A stretch of 63,850 bases of DNA, the filler included, from Squatina squatina (taxonomy: Eukaryota): assembly GCA_031763465.1 (NCBI GenBank). It is 4 parts of 4 records of this genome, joined end to end, with 100 filler letters (N's around TTAATTAATTAA, not from the genome) between each part and the next. Parts side by side here need not be neighbours in the genome. Positions count along the whole stretch, not along the records: positions 13,612 to 28,555 come from JARFOE010645217.1; positions 28,656 to 51,654 come from JARFOE010000222.1; 2 more parts are not named here. The stretch is one strand, 5' to 3'. Position 1 is the stretch's first letter; the number at the start of each line of letters is the position of its first letter. Shown piece by piece: positions 23,402 through 35,975 of this stretch. The translations under genes were made by a program, and so were the position numbers. The notes under the pieces were generated by a model. The model made no database searches. It was not told the origin of the DNA and saw only the letters and a program-made list of their open reading frames with translations.

Positions 23402-26180
23402 ACTCCCAGGGCAGGTACAGCACGGGGTTAGATAGAAATGAGAACTCCCTCCACACTATCCCATCAAACACTACCAGGGCAGGTACAGCACTGGGTTGGA
23501 TAGAGACTAAAGCTCCCTCACCAGTCTCCCAGCAAACATTGCCAGGGCAGGTACAGCACACGGTGAGAAACAAATTAAAGCTCCCTCCAAACTGTCCCAT
23601 CAAACACTACCACGGTAGATACAGCACGGGTTAGATAGAGAGTAAAGCTCCCTCCACACTGTCCCATCAAACACTCCCAGGGCAGGTGGAGCACTGGTTA
23701 GATACAGAGTAAAGTCCCTCCACATTCTCCCAGAAAACACTCCCAGGGCAAGTACAGCACGGGGTGGGAGCAGAATAAAGCTCCCTCAAAACAATCCAAT
23801 GTAACACACCCAGGCCTCGTAGAACACTGGTTAGATACAGGTTAAAGCTCCCTCGATACTCTCCCATCAAAACCTCCAAAACAAATGCAGCACGAGGTTA
23901 AGTGCACATTAAGGCTCCCTCTAGACTGTCGCATCAAACATTTCCAAGACAGTTCCTGCAAGGGTTATATACAGATTTCAACCGGCTCTACACAGCCAAC
24001 AGGAACTTTCCAGGTTGATAGCTTCGGGGTTAGGTATAGAATAAAGCTCCTTGTATTTAATTCCATCAAACACTCCCAGGAAAGGTACAGCAATAGTTAG
24101 ATACAGAACAGATTAAAGACTCATTCACAATGTCAAATCAAACAGTTCCAGGCCAGAAACAATAGAGGTTAATTATAAAGTGAAGCTCCATCAACACTGT
24201 CCCATTAATCTCTCACAGGGCAGGTACAGCACGGGGTCAGATGCAGAGTACGTGACTTTCTACTGTGCTGCACTAAACACACGAAGGTCAGGTAAAGCAC
24301 GGGTTACACGTGGAGCAAAGGTCCGTCTAAACAGACGAACACACTCGCAGGCAGGTACAGAACGGGCTAGACATAGAATTAAGCTGCCTCCACACTGTTA
24401 TCAAACACTCCACGGAGTGGTGCAGCATGTGATGGAAACAAAGTAATAGTTTCTGTGCACCAGCAGATCAAACACTCTCAGGACATTTACAACACGGGGT
24501 CGGATGCAGTTTCATGATTCATCTATGCTGTACAACCAAACACTCACAGGGCAGGTAAAGCACGTGGTTAGACATAGAGTAATGCTCTCCCTAAAATGTC
24601 CCAGCAAACACCCAAAGTTTCGATGAAAAACGGGTAAGATACTGAGTAAAGGTAACTCAAGACTGTTTCATCAAACAATCGGTAAGGAACAGCACGTGGA
24701 GCGAAAAAATGTACATCTCTCTCTGCATCTCCCAGCAATCACTCGCAGGACGTGTCAGCACAGATAAGATAAAGAGTAAACATCCTTCTGCTCTGACCAA
24801 TCAAAGCCTCCCATGGGCATGTACAGCACCGTTTCGATTCAGAGAAATGCTCACTGTGGACTGTCCGATGAAACAACCTCAGGCCACATACAGCACGGGT
24901 TAGATCCTGAGTAAAACTCAATCTAAACGATCCCACAAAACACGCCCAGGGCCATTACAGCACAGGTTACCTATTGGGTAAACGTCCCTCTACACTCTCC
25001 TCCAAAACTCCCCAGGGCAGCTACAGCAGAGGGTCAGAAACAGAGTAAAGGTCACTCTGCAATCTCCCATCAAACATTCTCAGTGCAAGTGTTTTCCGGG
25101 TTTGATACAGAGTAAACGTGCCTCTGCAGGCTCCCATCAAACATTCCCAGTGCAAGTGTTTTCCGGGTTTGATACAGAGTAAAGGTCCCTCAACATTGTC
25201 CCATCAAACATTCTCAGTGCAAGTGTATTCCAGGTTTGATACAGAGTAAATGTACCTCTACATTGTCCCATCAAACATTCCCCGTGCAAGTGTATTCCCG
25301 GTTTGATACAGAGTAAAGGTCCCTCTACATTGTCCCATCAAATATTCTCAGTGCAAGTGTATTCCGGGTTTGATACAGTGTAAAAGTGCCACTGTAGTCT
25401 CCCATCAAACATTCCCAGTGCAAGTGTTTTCTGGGTTTGGTACAGATTAAAGGTCCCGCTACATTGTCCCATCAAACACTCCCAGGGCAGTTACAACTCG
25501 TGGTTTGATACAGAGTAGAGGTCCCTCTTCACTGTACCATCGAACAGCCACTGGGCAAGTACAGATCGGTTGAGGTACAGAGTAAGGCCAAATGTATATT
25601 GTCCCATCAAATACACCGTGGTCAAGATCAGCACGCAGTCAGATCCGAGTTAAAGCTCTCTCTGCATATCCCATGAAACACTCCCAGGGCAGGATCAGCG
25701 TGAATTAGGTACAGATTACAGCTCGCTATACATTGTCCAATCAAAATTCTCAGGCAGGTACAGCACATGTTAGATACAGAATAAAACGACCCATCAAAGA
25801 ATCCCAATTTAGGAACTGCACAGGTTACATATTTATACCATGTAAAACTCCATCAAAACTGCTCGATCGCACACTCTGAGGGCAGATGCAGCACGGGTTC
25901 GATACTGAGAAAAGTTCCCTTTAAACTATCCATAGAATAACTCCCAGTCTGTTGTAAACAAAGAAATGTTCCCGATAGATTATTCCATCAAATATTATGA
26001 ATGATGTTACAGCACCGGGTTGTATACAGAATAAATTTGGCTCCACATTATCCCACGAATCACCCACATGCCAGGTACAGGTCCAGATGGATACAGAGTA
26101 ATCTCCCTCTACACTGTTCCATCATCACTTCATGGACAAGTAGAGCCCGGGTAAGATTCACCGTAAAGTCCCTCTCAACC
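23402..26180. repeat. 67-bp satellite-like tandem array (about 40 units)
   Basis: Consensus CCCATCAAACACTCCCAGGGCAGGTACAGCACGGGTTAGATACAGAGTAAAGCTCCCTCTACACTGT; CCCATCAAAC recurs every 67-68 bp, for example at 25066 and 25133. Confidence 0.95.
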
Positions 26181-26225
26181 AGGGTTGTCCAAAAGGCCAC
26201 CTACGGGCCAGAGTCAGGCCCGCTC
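26180..26225 (+). mobile_element. Possible hAT-Charlie-type terminal fragment
   Basis: CAGGGTTGTCCAAA..CTACGGGCCAGAGTCAGGCCCGC resembles CAGGGGTGTCCAAAC..GGCCCGCGGGCC..TCCGGCCC termini; no partner end found. Confidence 0.35.
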
Positions 26226-26394
26226 AAGGCTCGAATCCGGCACACCACAGGCCACTCAAATGCACTCCACCAAACTGCCTGCGCACAGTTCCCCTCCCAG
26301 ATCGCAGACTTTGACTGACCTTCATTCTATCCCGCCTCTCTGCTCAATCGGAGCTTGGTGAAAACTCACTGATCGTGACTTCACTAAAAAGAAC

Positions 26395-26600
26395 GTTCCC
26401 AGCGGCAGCCCATCCCTCAGGGACCGAGCACGCAGGCGCTGGGGTGGATGATTGACAGGTCCCGGGGAGTATGTCCTGAGCATGCGCGGTGTGGATTGCT
26501 GGAGGGAGAGGGTCACGTGGGGCTGAGCATGGACTGAATCTCAGGTGCAGATTTTCTGACTGGCCCCGATCGCATTCGGATGGTGAGGGTATCAGCTCAC
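26395..26600. promoter_or_regulatory. Candidate CpG-rich promoter-like patch (NRF1-like site and E-box)
   Basis: GAGCATGCGCGG at 26478-26489 and GGTCACGTGG at 26511-26520, with locally retained CpGs. Confidence 0.35.
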
Positions 26601-27144
26601 GCAGAACGTTAGTTTTCTATTGCAATCTGCTCAGCCGAATGATATCTTTAGTGCTAGATATCATTCAGAATTAAAAGTAAAAGTCTTTAAACTAAGCAAA
26701 AAGCCAATTCAAACACGTGCTTTCTAAAGCACATAAAATAAGGTGCCAAGAGGGCGGGGAACAGCGTTCAGTGATGGCGACTTCCATGATTACAGGCAAG
26801 AAAATCAAATTTGGTGCTGAATATCGAACCTTCAAAGGCTCTTGCTGGATTTTTTGGTTCTTGATTTTATTATCATTGAGCACAACGGGGCCATATTGTG
26901 TCTGCTACCTCAAGAGAAAATAGTGGGTTTCAGCGAATATAATACCAAGGAACATTATTCTATGAAACACGCTACCATATTTGACAGCCGCACGGATCAG
27001 TTGAGAAACGATCGAGTGAACTCAGTGAAACAAAATGCAATCGGACAATCTAATGCATAGTTCTTCTGATATTAGCTCACTGGCACTTCGTGTGGGACAG
27101 AAATTGCAATGTGGCCCCTGACGAATCCAGGCTGGACACCTGTG

Positions 27145-28555
27145 TTCTACAGCATAGCAATTTCCTGTACTTTCCCAAAAGCCCTTGCTTCCCTTAGTAC
27201 TTAAATATCGATTGATTGCTGTCTTGAATATACTGAAAGACTGAACCTCCACAGCCCTCTTGGGTAGGCAATTCCAAATAATCGCTACCCTCTGAGTTAC
27301 TTACAAAATATCTCCTGATCTCAGTGCTGAGTGGCCTACCCTTACTTTAAGACAGTGACCCTGGTTCGAGATCCCTCAGACAGGGGAAATATCCTCCCTG
27401 CATCTACGTTTTCCATCTCTGTGAAAATACTGTATTCACAACAAGATCTCCTCTCACTCTTCTAAAGTCTGGAGAATATTGGTCTATTCTACTTAATCTC
27501 TCCTCATGGGAACTTCTCCATTCAGGTATCGGTCTGGTGAACCTTTGTTGCACACACTTTGCGGCCAGTGTATCGTTGCTTATGTAAGGAGAGCAAAACT
27601 GTAAACAATACTCCAGGTGCAGTTTCACCAAGGCTGGTTTTAATCGCTTTTGACATCATTACTCTTGCTCTCAAATTCTCTTCTAATAAAGGCCAACATG
27701 CTATTTGCTTACTTAGTTGCTTGCTTTACCTGCATGCTAGCTTTCTCTGATTCGTCTGCAAGGATATCCAGCTCCCTTTGCACATCAGCATTACCCAATG
27801 TCTCACCATTTAAAATTAACTGCATTTCTGTTTTTTTTCAACCAATATGGATAACATCACATTTTCCACTTTATATTCCATCTGCCATCGTCTTTCCCAC
27901 CAACATAACCTGTCCGTATCGCTTTGAAGCCTTTTTGCATTCTCCTACAACACAAATGTCCACATAGTTTTGTGTCTTCAGCAAACTTGGAAATATTACA
28001 CATGGTCACATCATCCAAATCATTGTTATAGATTGTGAACAGCCGGGTCCCAAGCACTGGTCCTTGTGGTAGCAAACTAGTCACCGCCACCCAACCTGAA
28101 AAAAAAAGTTCATTCCTACTCTCCGTTCTGTATCCGTTAACCAATTCTCAATCCTTACTCGTAAAATGCCCCCAATCCCATGTGTCCTCATTTTGCTCAA
28201 TAACGTCCTGTGAATCAACTTTTCTAAAGCATTCTGAAAATCCAATGCAGCACATCCACTTTTTATCTCTTACCTATGCTGCTTGTGAGATCTTCAGAAA
28301 ACTCCAACTGATTTGTCAAACCTGATTTCCTTTTTATGAATTTCTGCTGACTCTGACCAACCTTCTTATTATGTCCTAAGTATGCTGTCAACAATTCGTT
28401 ACTAAAAGATTCCAGCATTTTCCCTGCCACTGTTATCAGGCTACCAGATCTGTAGATTCCCGTTTTTCATCCCTCCTGCATTCGCCACATTCCAATCTGC
28501 AGGAACCGTTCTCGAACCTATGATTTTTTTAAAGATTACCAACAATGCATCCACT
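27145..28555 (-). mobile_element. CR1 LINE ORF2 (RT) to 3' end, decayed
   Basis: SGWVAVTSLLPQGPVLGTRLFTIYNNDLD..SKFAEDTKL, and VKLHLEYCLQF..VQQRFTR. Confidence 0.93.
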
Positions 28556-28655
28556 NNNNNNNNNNNNNNNNNNNNNNNNNNNNNNNNNNNNNNNNNNNNT
28601 TAATTAATTAANNNNNNNNNNNNNNNNNNNNNNNNNNNNNNNNNNNNNNNNNNNN
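28556..28655. other. Artificial concatenation linker
   Basis: N44-TTAATTAATTAA-N44, with the 12-mer at 28600-28611. Confidence 0.97.
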
Positions 28656-30120
28656 CAACAGACTTCATTCGAGCGCCTCGTTCCAGTTCACTCTCCACAG
28701 GCATGTTGGCAAAGCACGCCATACCAAAGTAGTTACCTTTCCGAAAGTAGCTGAAAACACAAATGACAGCTATCTGATCAGGAATATATACTAATCACAA
28801 TCAATACCAATAGTTTACCTGGAAACAGTCTTCTCAGTTAAGTTTACTGAACATTATTAGAAAAATATACACCGCATGGAATGATCAGATCAATCCTTCC
28901 CAGTCTCAGTACTTATCTGATAGGCTGACATTAGCACCCATGTGCTAAAGCCAGAAACAGACAAGGATGCACATACACAACATTTCAAAGCCAGATACAT
29001 TGCAAGACAGAATGGAATTGAAGTGCACTTTCCATAAGGCTGAAGCCCAAAGAGTACATGTAGATCGGGTACCCCTGGGCGGCATGCTGAAAGCTGAACT
29101 GAAGCATGGGGCACAGGTTCAATGCATTCAAGAAAATTGGTGAACAGTTTTTCAGCAATGGTTCTTTTAAAATTACATTTTATTTAAACNNNNNNNNNNN
29201 NNNNNNNNNNNNNNNNNNNNNNNNNNNNNNNNNNNNNNNNNNNNNNNNNNNNNNNNNNNNNNNNNNNNNNNNNNNNNNNNNNNNNNNNNCAGCCGACATC
29301 TGACTGAAACACAACAGTCGTTGTCAACGCCAGGTGGTAAAACAGGGAGTAAGGGTCAAGTTATCTTCTGGGGTGGTAACCGGGCGCAGCTGAGTGGGGC
29401 GCTACATGTTAGCACGGCTGCAAAACCACCACCTAATTTAGCGGGAGGCACTGTTCTCGAAAACTCATTTGAGCCCCGTTAGCGCCCCCTGGGGCACTAA
29501 TGGGAGGTGCAAAGTACCACAATTTCTCCTCCAAGGTTAATGCTGTGTCTGTTGCAGCTGTATGTCCAGCTTCCTCATACTGTTACCCTCAGTAACTTCA
29601 TGGGTTAATAACTGTATTTGTTACTGATGCTAATCCAGCTCCCTCATACTATCAATACTGTCTCTACTACTGTTAGGGTTGTCAAGCTAAACTAAAACCT
29701 GCCATATTATGGCAGTGCAGAAGTCCCTATGCTGTTGAATTTTCTGACGTGTTGCATCAGGTTTGAAATCTCTTCATGTCAGTTTTACTCCAGCCCAGTT
29801 CTTTTTTGACATATCCTTTGAAGGAAAGTGTTTGTTAGAGCCCAGCAGGATTGGGTTTCACCCGTCCTCCTGTGGGGCTGAGATGTTAAAAATATACCTG
29901 GACCTATTTGAGAAAATGTTTATTCCTGCACTCTGCCCTCCCCAGATGTAAACAAAACAGAAGTTACATTTGTACTTATGAATTTTTTCTTTTCTTTTTG
30001 CACTTTCAGTGAGAAGTGAAATCTTAAGGATTTGATTCCAACAAAGAACTGTGAGTTATTTGTGCTGCGAATTCATAAGTCTTAAAACCTTCCATGTGAA
30101 GTGGATGAAAGTGTCTAGTG

Positions 30121-30352
30121 ATGGGGGAGATGGAACAAGCTTCGCTGGAGATCAGTTTTCCCCCAGGCTTGAGGCAGGCACGACCAGAGGAAGTGGCAGA
30201 GCCTCCAGACAGCCAGGCCGGTAAAAGGGAACCCTTACCAGACAGAGGGAACTGGAAAGGAAAATTTGACTTCCTACTTTCCTGCGTGGGATATGCCATT
30301 GGACTAGGGAATGTCTGGAGGTTCCCTTACCTCTGTGGCAAAAATGGTGGAG
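30121..30352 (+). CDS. slc6a1-like: GABA transporter 1-like (SLC6A1-like), first coding exon
   Basis: [43 protein letters not shown], with the GAT1-diagnostic [11 protein letters not shown] and LCGKN. Donor AG|GTAGGA. Confidence 0.95.
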
Positions 30353-30562
30353 GTAGGACACACGAATGAACACAGCTTACACAGATAGGACACTGGACAC
30401 CATTATCATCCAACACAGATGAAATTCTGAGCGAACATCAGTGCTACAATGTTTTCTTGAGAGCACACTCACAAGGAATGTGCTGCTAGATGGCCACTTT
30501 GATGCTCCACCCAGCTGATGCTGCAGTCTTCACCCTCTCCCACCTATTAGATCCTGGTATTT

Positions 30563-30619
30563 TCATAGAAACATAGAAACATAGAAAATAGGAGCAGGAG
30601 TAGGCCATTCGGCCCTTCG
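30563..30619 (-). mobile_element. Young CR1 3' tail running into a gap
   Basis: (CATAGAAA)x3 followed by ATAGGAGCAGGAGTAGGCCATTCGGCCCTTCG. Confidence 0.85.
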
Positions 30620-30746
30620 NNNNNNNNNNNNNNNNNNNNNNNNNNNNNNNNNNNNNNNNNNNNNNNNNNNNNNNNNNNNNNNNNNNNNNNNNNNNNNNNN
30701 NNNNNNNNNNNNNNNNNNNTGAAGGATGTTTATATTTTTTCTTCAG

Positions 30747-30856
30747 GACCTTCCTTGGCAAAGCTGTGACAATGAATGGAACACAAATGCTTGTTTCTCC
30801 AACTATTCTCTGGTCGATACCACTAACATGAACAGTGCAGTGACAGAATTCTGGGA
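30747..30856 (+). CDS. slc6a1-like: SLC6A1-like EL2 exon (110 nt)
   Basis: TTCAG|[36 protein letters not shown]|GTAAGT. Confidence 0.95.
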
Positions 30857-32609
30857 GTAAGTGATGTTCATTCTGCCTGTTGAGTGCATATTGGTATTAG
30901 GAACTATGATTTAAGAAGGCAATTACTAGTAATAGACTTTGGTTAATTGTAATTATGTAAAATTTAAGACTTGCCAGATATATAAAGGATATTCACTGAA
31001 TGCATGCTCAACACACTGCCCAGGATCTTCCAACCTTAGTTGATTGGGAACATCTGTCTGCCATGGAGATCTGCTCTTGATGCTGGACAACCTTCTAGCC
31101 TTGGGTTATTAACTTTTGAGGCCTGCTGCACCATGAGCATGCAGGTAGGCGGCCTGCAAACACAAAATTAAAAAAAATCCGTGGTTCCTCCTTGACTGAT
31201 GCCAGACAGCGTTTTGCGAAAGCTCACACAAACCTTGCAACAAAAAAATGTGTGGGTCTCACTGCCACTAGCACAGTGATGCCTGGGCCTAAGAGGTGTC
31301 CTTTGGGTCTTGCAGTTAAACCAAGCAAGTTGTGGGAAATATGTCAGGAGACAAAGTCCCCTGACCTGCATTTAATTATATCCTCTACTGCCATGCCCGG
31401 GGAATGAGAATTGAGAGCAGGTATGGAGGTGGAAGAGCATATTTTTAAGCTATATTTAGGCATCAATTATCCCCAGATCCACCAAAAGGTTGGTGGGGGC
31501 ACAGCAGGAAATCTAGGCCACTGTTTGTACAATCCTGGACCTGGCCACGTGGAATCGGTGGAATTCCATGTGGAGTTGAAATACTTGTGGCTATAGTTCA
31601 TCCAACAAATATGCACCAGCTCATTGATTTCCTTCACCCTGTAAATTTCTCCTTAAATCCAAAGGTGGCGTTTTTTTTTTCCAGAGCAAAATGGAGGTAG
31701 AACAAAAAGGTGACTGATGGTTCAGTGGGCTGGAACACTGTTGTTTTTCTTCTCCTGGTTCTGAATTTAAATCCAACTGAGACTGACAGGGGCCACAGCA
31801 AAACATGTCTGGGACATGCAAAATCTGTTCTCACATCAGCTCAAATAGGCACTGAACCTACCCGCACTTAGAGATGCCCAAAGGAGGGTTGATGTGGAAA
31901 ATGGAAAGTCACTCTGGTCCAGGAGAGGATGTTNNNNNNNNNNNNNNNNNNNNNNNNNNNNNNNNNNNNNNNNNNNNNNNNNNNNNNNNNNNNNNNNNNN
32001 NNNNNNNNNNNNNNNNNNNNNNNNNNNNNNNNNACGCAAAGTAAATACTCTCCTACTGTGCCTAAACTCCACCTTCAAAAGGAGCCACTTTAGGTTTGAA
32101 CTGGTCGGAGCAAGCATGTGCAGACTCCAAATAGTTCTATTGGCCTAGAAAACGTAAGTTTGGAATAATTTTTGTGCGCCTCGGAGCAGCTGCAATGCTC
32201 CTCCAGGCACTGCCTGCTGCTGCACAGGGTTCCCCTCCAATTCCGGATCGCAACTCCAGCTGCCCCGCCCCATCCCTGAACCTCCCCTATTGGCTGGGTC
32301 GGCCTGATATTGGTAGGCCTCACTCCTGTTTGGTTTCCAGCAGCTTACCGGCTGAGGCAGAGGCAGAGACCCAAAAATCGCTACTGCCTTTTTGATCTGA
32401 GTGTGGACAACCGGTTGGCTCTGCCACTCTGATTCTTGAAAGTTACAATCAACCCTAATGTGAGTCACGGTCTCAGCTGTATTATAATTAGTAAAACATT
32501 ACTTTGAGTTATATTTTTGGTTGGCCTGGTCGGGATAAGTTTAGGTCTATTTTGTTTTAGGGACTTTTTTTTGTTTAACCAGTGATCTACATTTAATTAT
32601 TAACCATAA

Positions 32610-32738
<129 letters not shown>

Positions 32739-32997
32739 TAAAACAGTTACATTATTTTGGTTGAGCGATGAATGGAATACTTTCCAATTTGCAACCTTTG
32801 ATGGAACTGAGGCTCACAATACTATTGTCTTATGTGGTAGGGACATCCTTCTACGTTGTTATGGNNNNNNNNNNNNNNNNNNNNNNNNNNNNNNNNNNNN
32901 NNNNNNNNNNNNNNNNNNNNNNNNNNNNNNNNNNNNNNNNNNNNNNNNNNNNNNNNNNNNNNNNGTTTCTATTCTAAATCTAATTACTTCCTTTCAG

Positions 32998-33129
32998 TTC
33001 TGCACAGTGGAAGGCTTCATCACTGCCCTAATGGACGAATACCCTCATAGACTGCGAGCTCATAAAAAGTTGTTCATTGCAGTGGTGTGCATCCTTTCAT
33101 ACATCGTTGGATTATGTAACATTACTCAG
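32998..33129 (+). CDS. slc6a1-like: SLC6A1-like TM8-TM9 exon (132 nt)
   Basis: TTTCAG|[44 protein letters not shown]|GTACAT. Confidence 0.96.
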
Positions 33130-34885
33130 GTACATTTGGAATAAAGTCCTTAGAGTTGTCTCATTTATACTGTACTCTGCGGACTATAGACAGTATATAT
33201 GTCAACACTTGAGATACTGCTCCAACTAAGTAGGCATGGATGGCTTACAGCTCATGAGTGATTTGGACAAAGGTGAGTTCACAGTTTGATTTTTTTTCAG
33301 GGGTCTACTTCATGCTCATCAAGGTAAGATATGTTACTGCTGGAGAATGCAAGATTTCTCTTTCCACCTTATGAGCCTTGTGTCAGCATCAAGGCACTTC
33401 CAGATCAATTATAACATGGGTCAGATGCAGAGCAAAGTGATTTATTTCATGTCCCTTAACTATGACCTCAAAAGATGTCACGCTACTGCAATGGCTTGGC
33501 ATTTTAATTTTAGCACATCAGCCTCTGTGAATGAGGTTGCCAATGTTGTGCCAATAAGTGCTAAATTATCAACAGTTTGGGTCTGTAGGAATGGATCCAG
33601 CCGAGTGTGCTCAAGTCATTTCACTCACAACCCCTGGCAATCAGCAGAGGGAAAATAATTGAATTACAATGTTCTTGGGTAGTTTCAAAACTATAATCTA
33701 TAATACAACTGAGAATCCTATATCCACTCTANNNNNNNNNNNNNNNNNNNNNNNNNNNNNNNNNNNNNNNNNNNNNNNNNNNNNNNNNNNNNNNNNNNNN
33801 NNNNNNNNNNNNNNNNNNNNNNNNNNNNNNNGCTATGTCTTGGTGTTACGAACATACAAAAGTGACGGCCACGAAAAGACCAGCTGGTCCATCAAACCTG
33901 CCCAACACTCATGAAGCTGGAGCATCCCGACTAGAAACTTCCTTCCTCCCAGCATCTCCTCCCCACCGCCATGTGATCTCCTGAGAGAGGGAATGGTGAT
34001 GTCGAGTGTTTGGAGGGACAGAATTCACCAAAGCAGAACTGAAGAGGCCATATATTATGGCAAACCCAGAAAAGGATAACAAGATGAAATTTGCTCCTAT
34101 TATGATGGCTCTAATCCTTTGGGAAGAGGAGCAAGATGAATGGGAGACTAGGAAGAATCTGGCTGTTTAACATTTCAGTTAATGGAGTCTCCTGTCTCAA
34201 TCTGCGGAATCTCCTTACTCAAACCGGCTGATACCTGAATCGCACATATGGACCCATCATACCAGCCTTACAGCTGCCAGATACATTGAACATACTTGTA
34301 TGTAATTGCAGGATAAAATAAATCATCTGCCACAGGACAGGTTGTCTGGATTCTGTTGTTGCATCAACATGCATTACCATATTTCTGTACATCTGGTCAA
34401 AAATGCATATCACATTGGGGGTAAAAGTAAAACTGCTGATTTAAAAGTGAATGGTTAGTCATTTCTGTTAGAGCAAGCTAATTGTTCTCTATTCATTAGT
34501 TTGATTAAACTGTTCATAGCACCTTTTTTTTCGGTTTTAGCAATACTGTATGATTTTTATGCTCTTCGCAGTGAAGGATCTCAAAACAATTGTGTGTTAC
34601 TGTTGTAATGTAAATGCAGCTTAAATCCAGAGTCAGGGCCTAACCTAACACTACAGGTGAAGCAAAGCAAGACTCCCTGGAGGGAATCTCATTCCAATTT
34701 ATTCTGGAATCAGCTCAGGCCGTAATACCAGATTTACAATGTACAATCTCAGTGTCAGTGCAAAGCCAAAATGCTAAACTTGTAANNNNNNNNNNNNNNN
34801 NNNNNNNNNNNNNNNNNNNNNNNNNNNNNNNNNNNNNNNNNNNNNNNNNNNNNNNNNNNNNNNNNNNNNNNNNNNNNNNNNNNNN

Positions 34886-35010
34886 GATGCTTTGGTTATT
34901 TTTGTTGTATGGGCACACAGTCCAGATGCTTTGGTTCTATGTTAGATTGCCCGGGCACACTGTCCAGATGCTTTGGTTGTTTTTGTTGCCCGGGCACACT
35001 GTGCTTTGAT
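34886..35010. repeat. About 40-bp tandem repeat, 3 copies
   Basis: GATGCTTTGGTT..GGGCACAC(A/T)GT occurs three times just upstream of the SLC13 exon. Confidence 0.8.
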
Positions 35011-35106
35011 GATGCACAGAATTCCTCTGTGCACAGTTTTTGTCAGCATTCTACAAGATATGAAGAACATAGTCCATTGAATAAATCTTCTGCTTCTGTC
35101 TTTCAG

Positions 35107-35238
35107 CCGGAGGCTCAATGTGCGTACGTCCTGGTAGTCACCGCTGTATATTGGGTCTCTGAGGCCGTCCCGCTCGGTGCAGCAGCAATGGTACCTGCCT
35201 TCCTCTTTCCGTTGTTTGGAGTCTTGAAGGCCAGTGAA
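35107..35238 (+). CDS. slc13a4: Na+/sulfate cotransporter SLC13A4, early coding exon
   Basis: TTTCAG|PEAQCAYVLVVTAVYWVSEAVPLGAAAMVPAFLFPLFGVLKASE|GTAAGA. YWVSEAVPLGAAA is SLC13A4-type. Confidence 0.93.
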
Positions 35239-35599
35239 GTAAGAAAAGAATCATGAACAAATTGTTTATCACAGCAAGATTCATTCCTTCATAGATATCT
35301 GCCTAAACCAGTACAGTGCGTACATCTGAAAAAAAAACAAAAAAATATTTACTTTCATAGAGATAGGCATAGTCCAGAACTGAGTGATACACAGATATTC
35401 CACCCCNNNNNNNNNNNNNNNNNNNNNNNNNNNNNNNNNNNNNNNNNNNNNNNNNNNNNNNNNNNNNNNNNNNNNNNNNNNNNNNNNNNNNNNNNNNNNN
35501 NNNNNNTTGCCACCCAACAGGGAGAGTTAAATTTCCCCCAGTGTTTTGAGGAGAGAAAGGGAAAAATGAGATGCACAAGTATGCCTAAGGTGGCATTCT

Positions 35600-35975
35600 T
35601 TTTTTTATTCATGTTATGTGGGCATTGCAGGCAAGGCCCATTCCTAATCATCCTTGAGAAGGTGATGGTGAGACAACTGAGCTTGCTAGGCCATTTCAGA
35701 GGGCAGCTAGTGTCAGGTCTGGAGTCACATATAGGCCAGACCAGGTAAGGATGACAGTTTTACTTCCTTAAGGGACATTAGTGAACCAGATGAATTTTTA
35801 ACAATCCAGTATTTTCATGGTCATCCCATTAGCTTTTTTAAATTCCAGATTAATTTCATTAACTGAATTTATATTTCCTAGCTGCTGTGGCAGGATTTGA
35901 ACCGTTGTCTACCAGATCATTAGTTCAGGCCTCTGAATTACTAGTTCAGTAACATAACCACTGTGCTACCGTTCC
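35600..35975 (-). mobile_element. tRNA-derived SINE (HE1/V-SINE-like)
   Basis: Minus-strand head GGTAGCACAGTGGTTATGTTACTGAACTAG and B-box GGTTCAAATCC. Confidence 0.7.

Noticed and set aside
18905-26180. CRISPR-like appearance of the 27-bp and 67-bp arrays
   Set aside because: The units are head-to-tail with no unique spacers, there are no cas genes, and the DNA is vertebrate.
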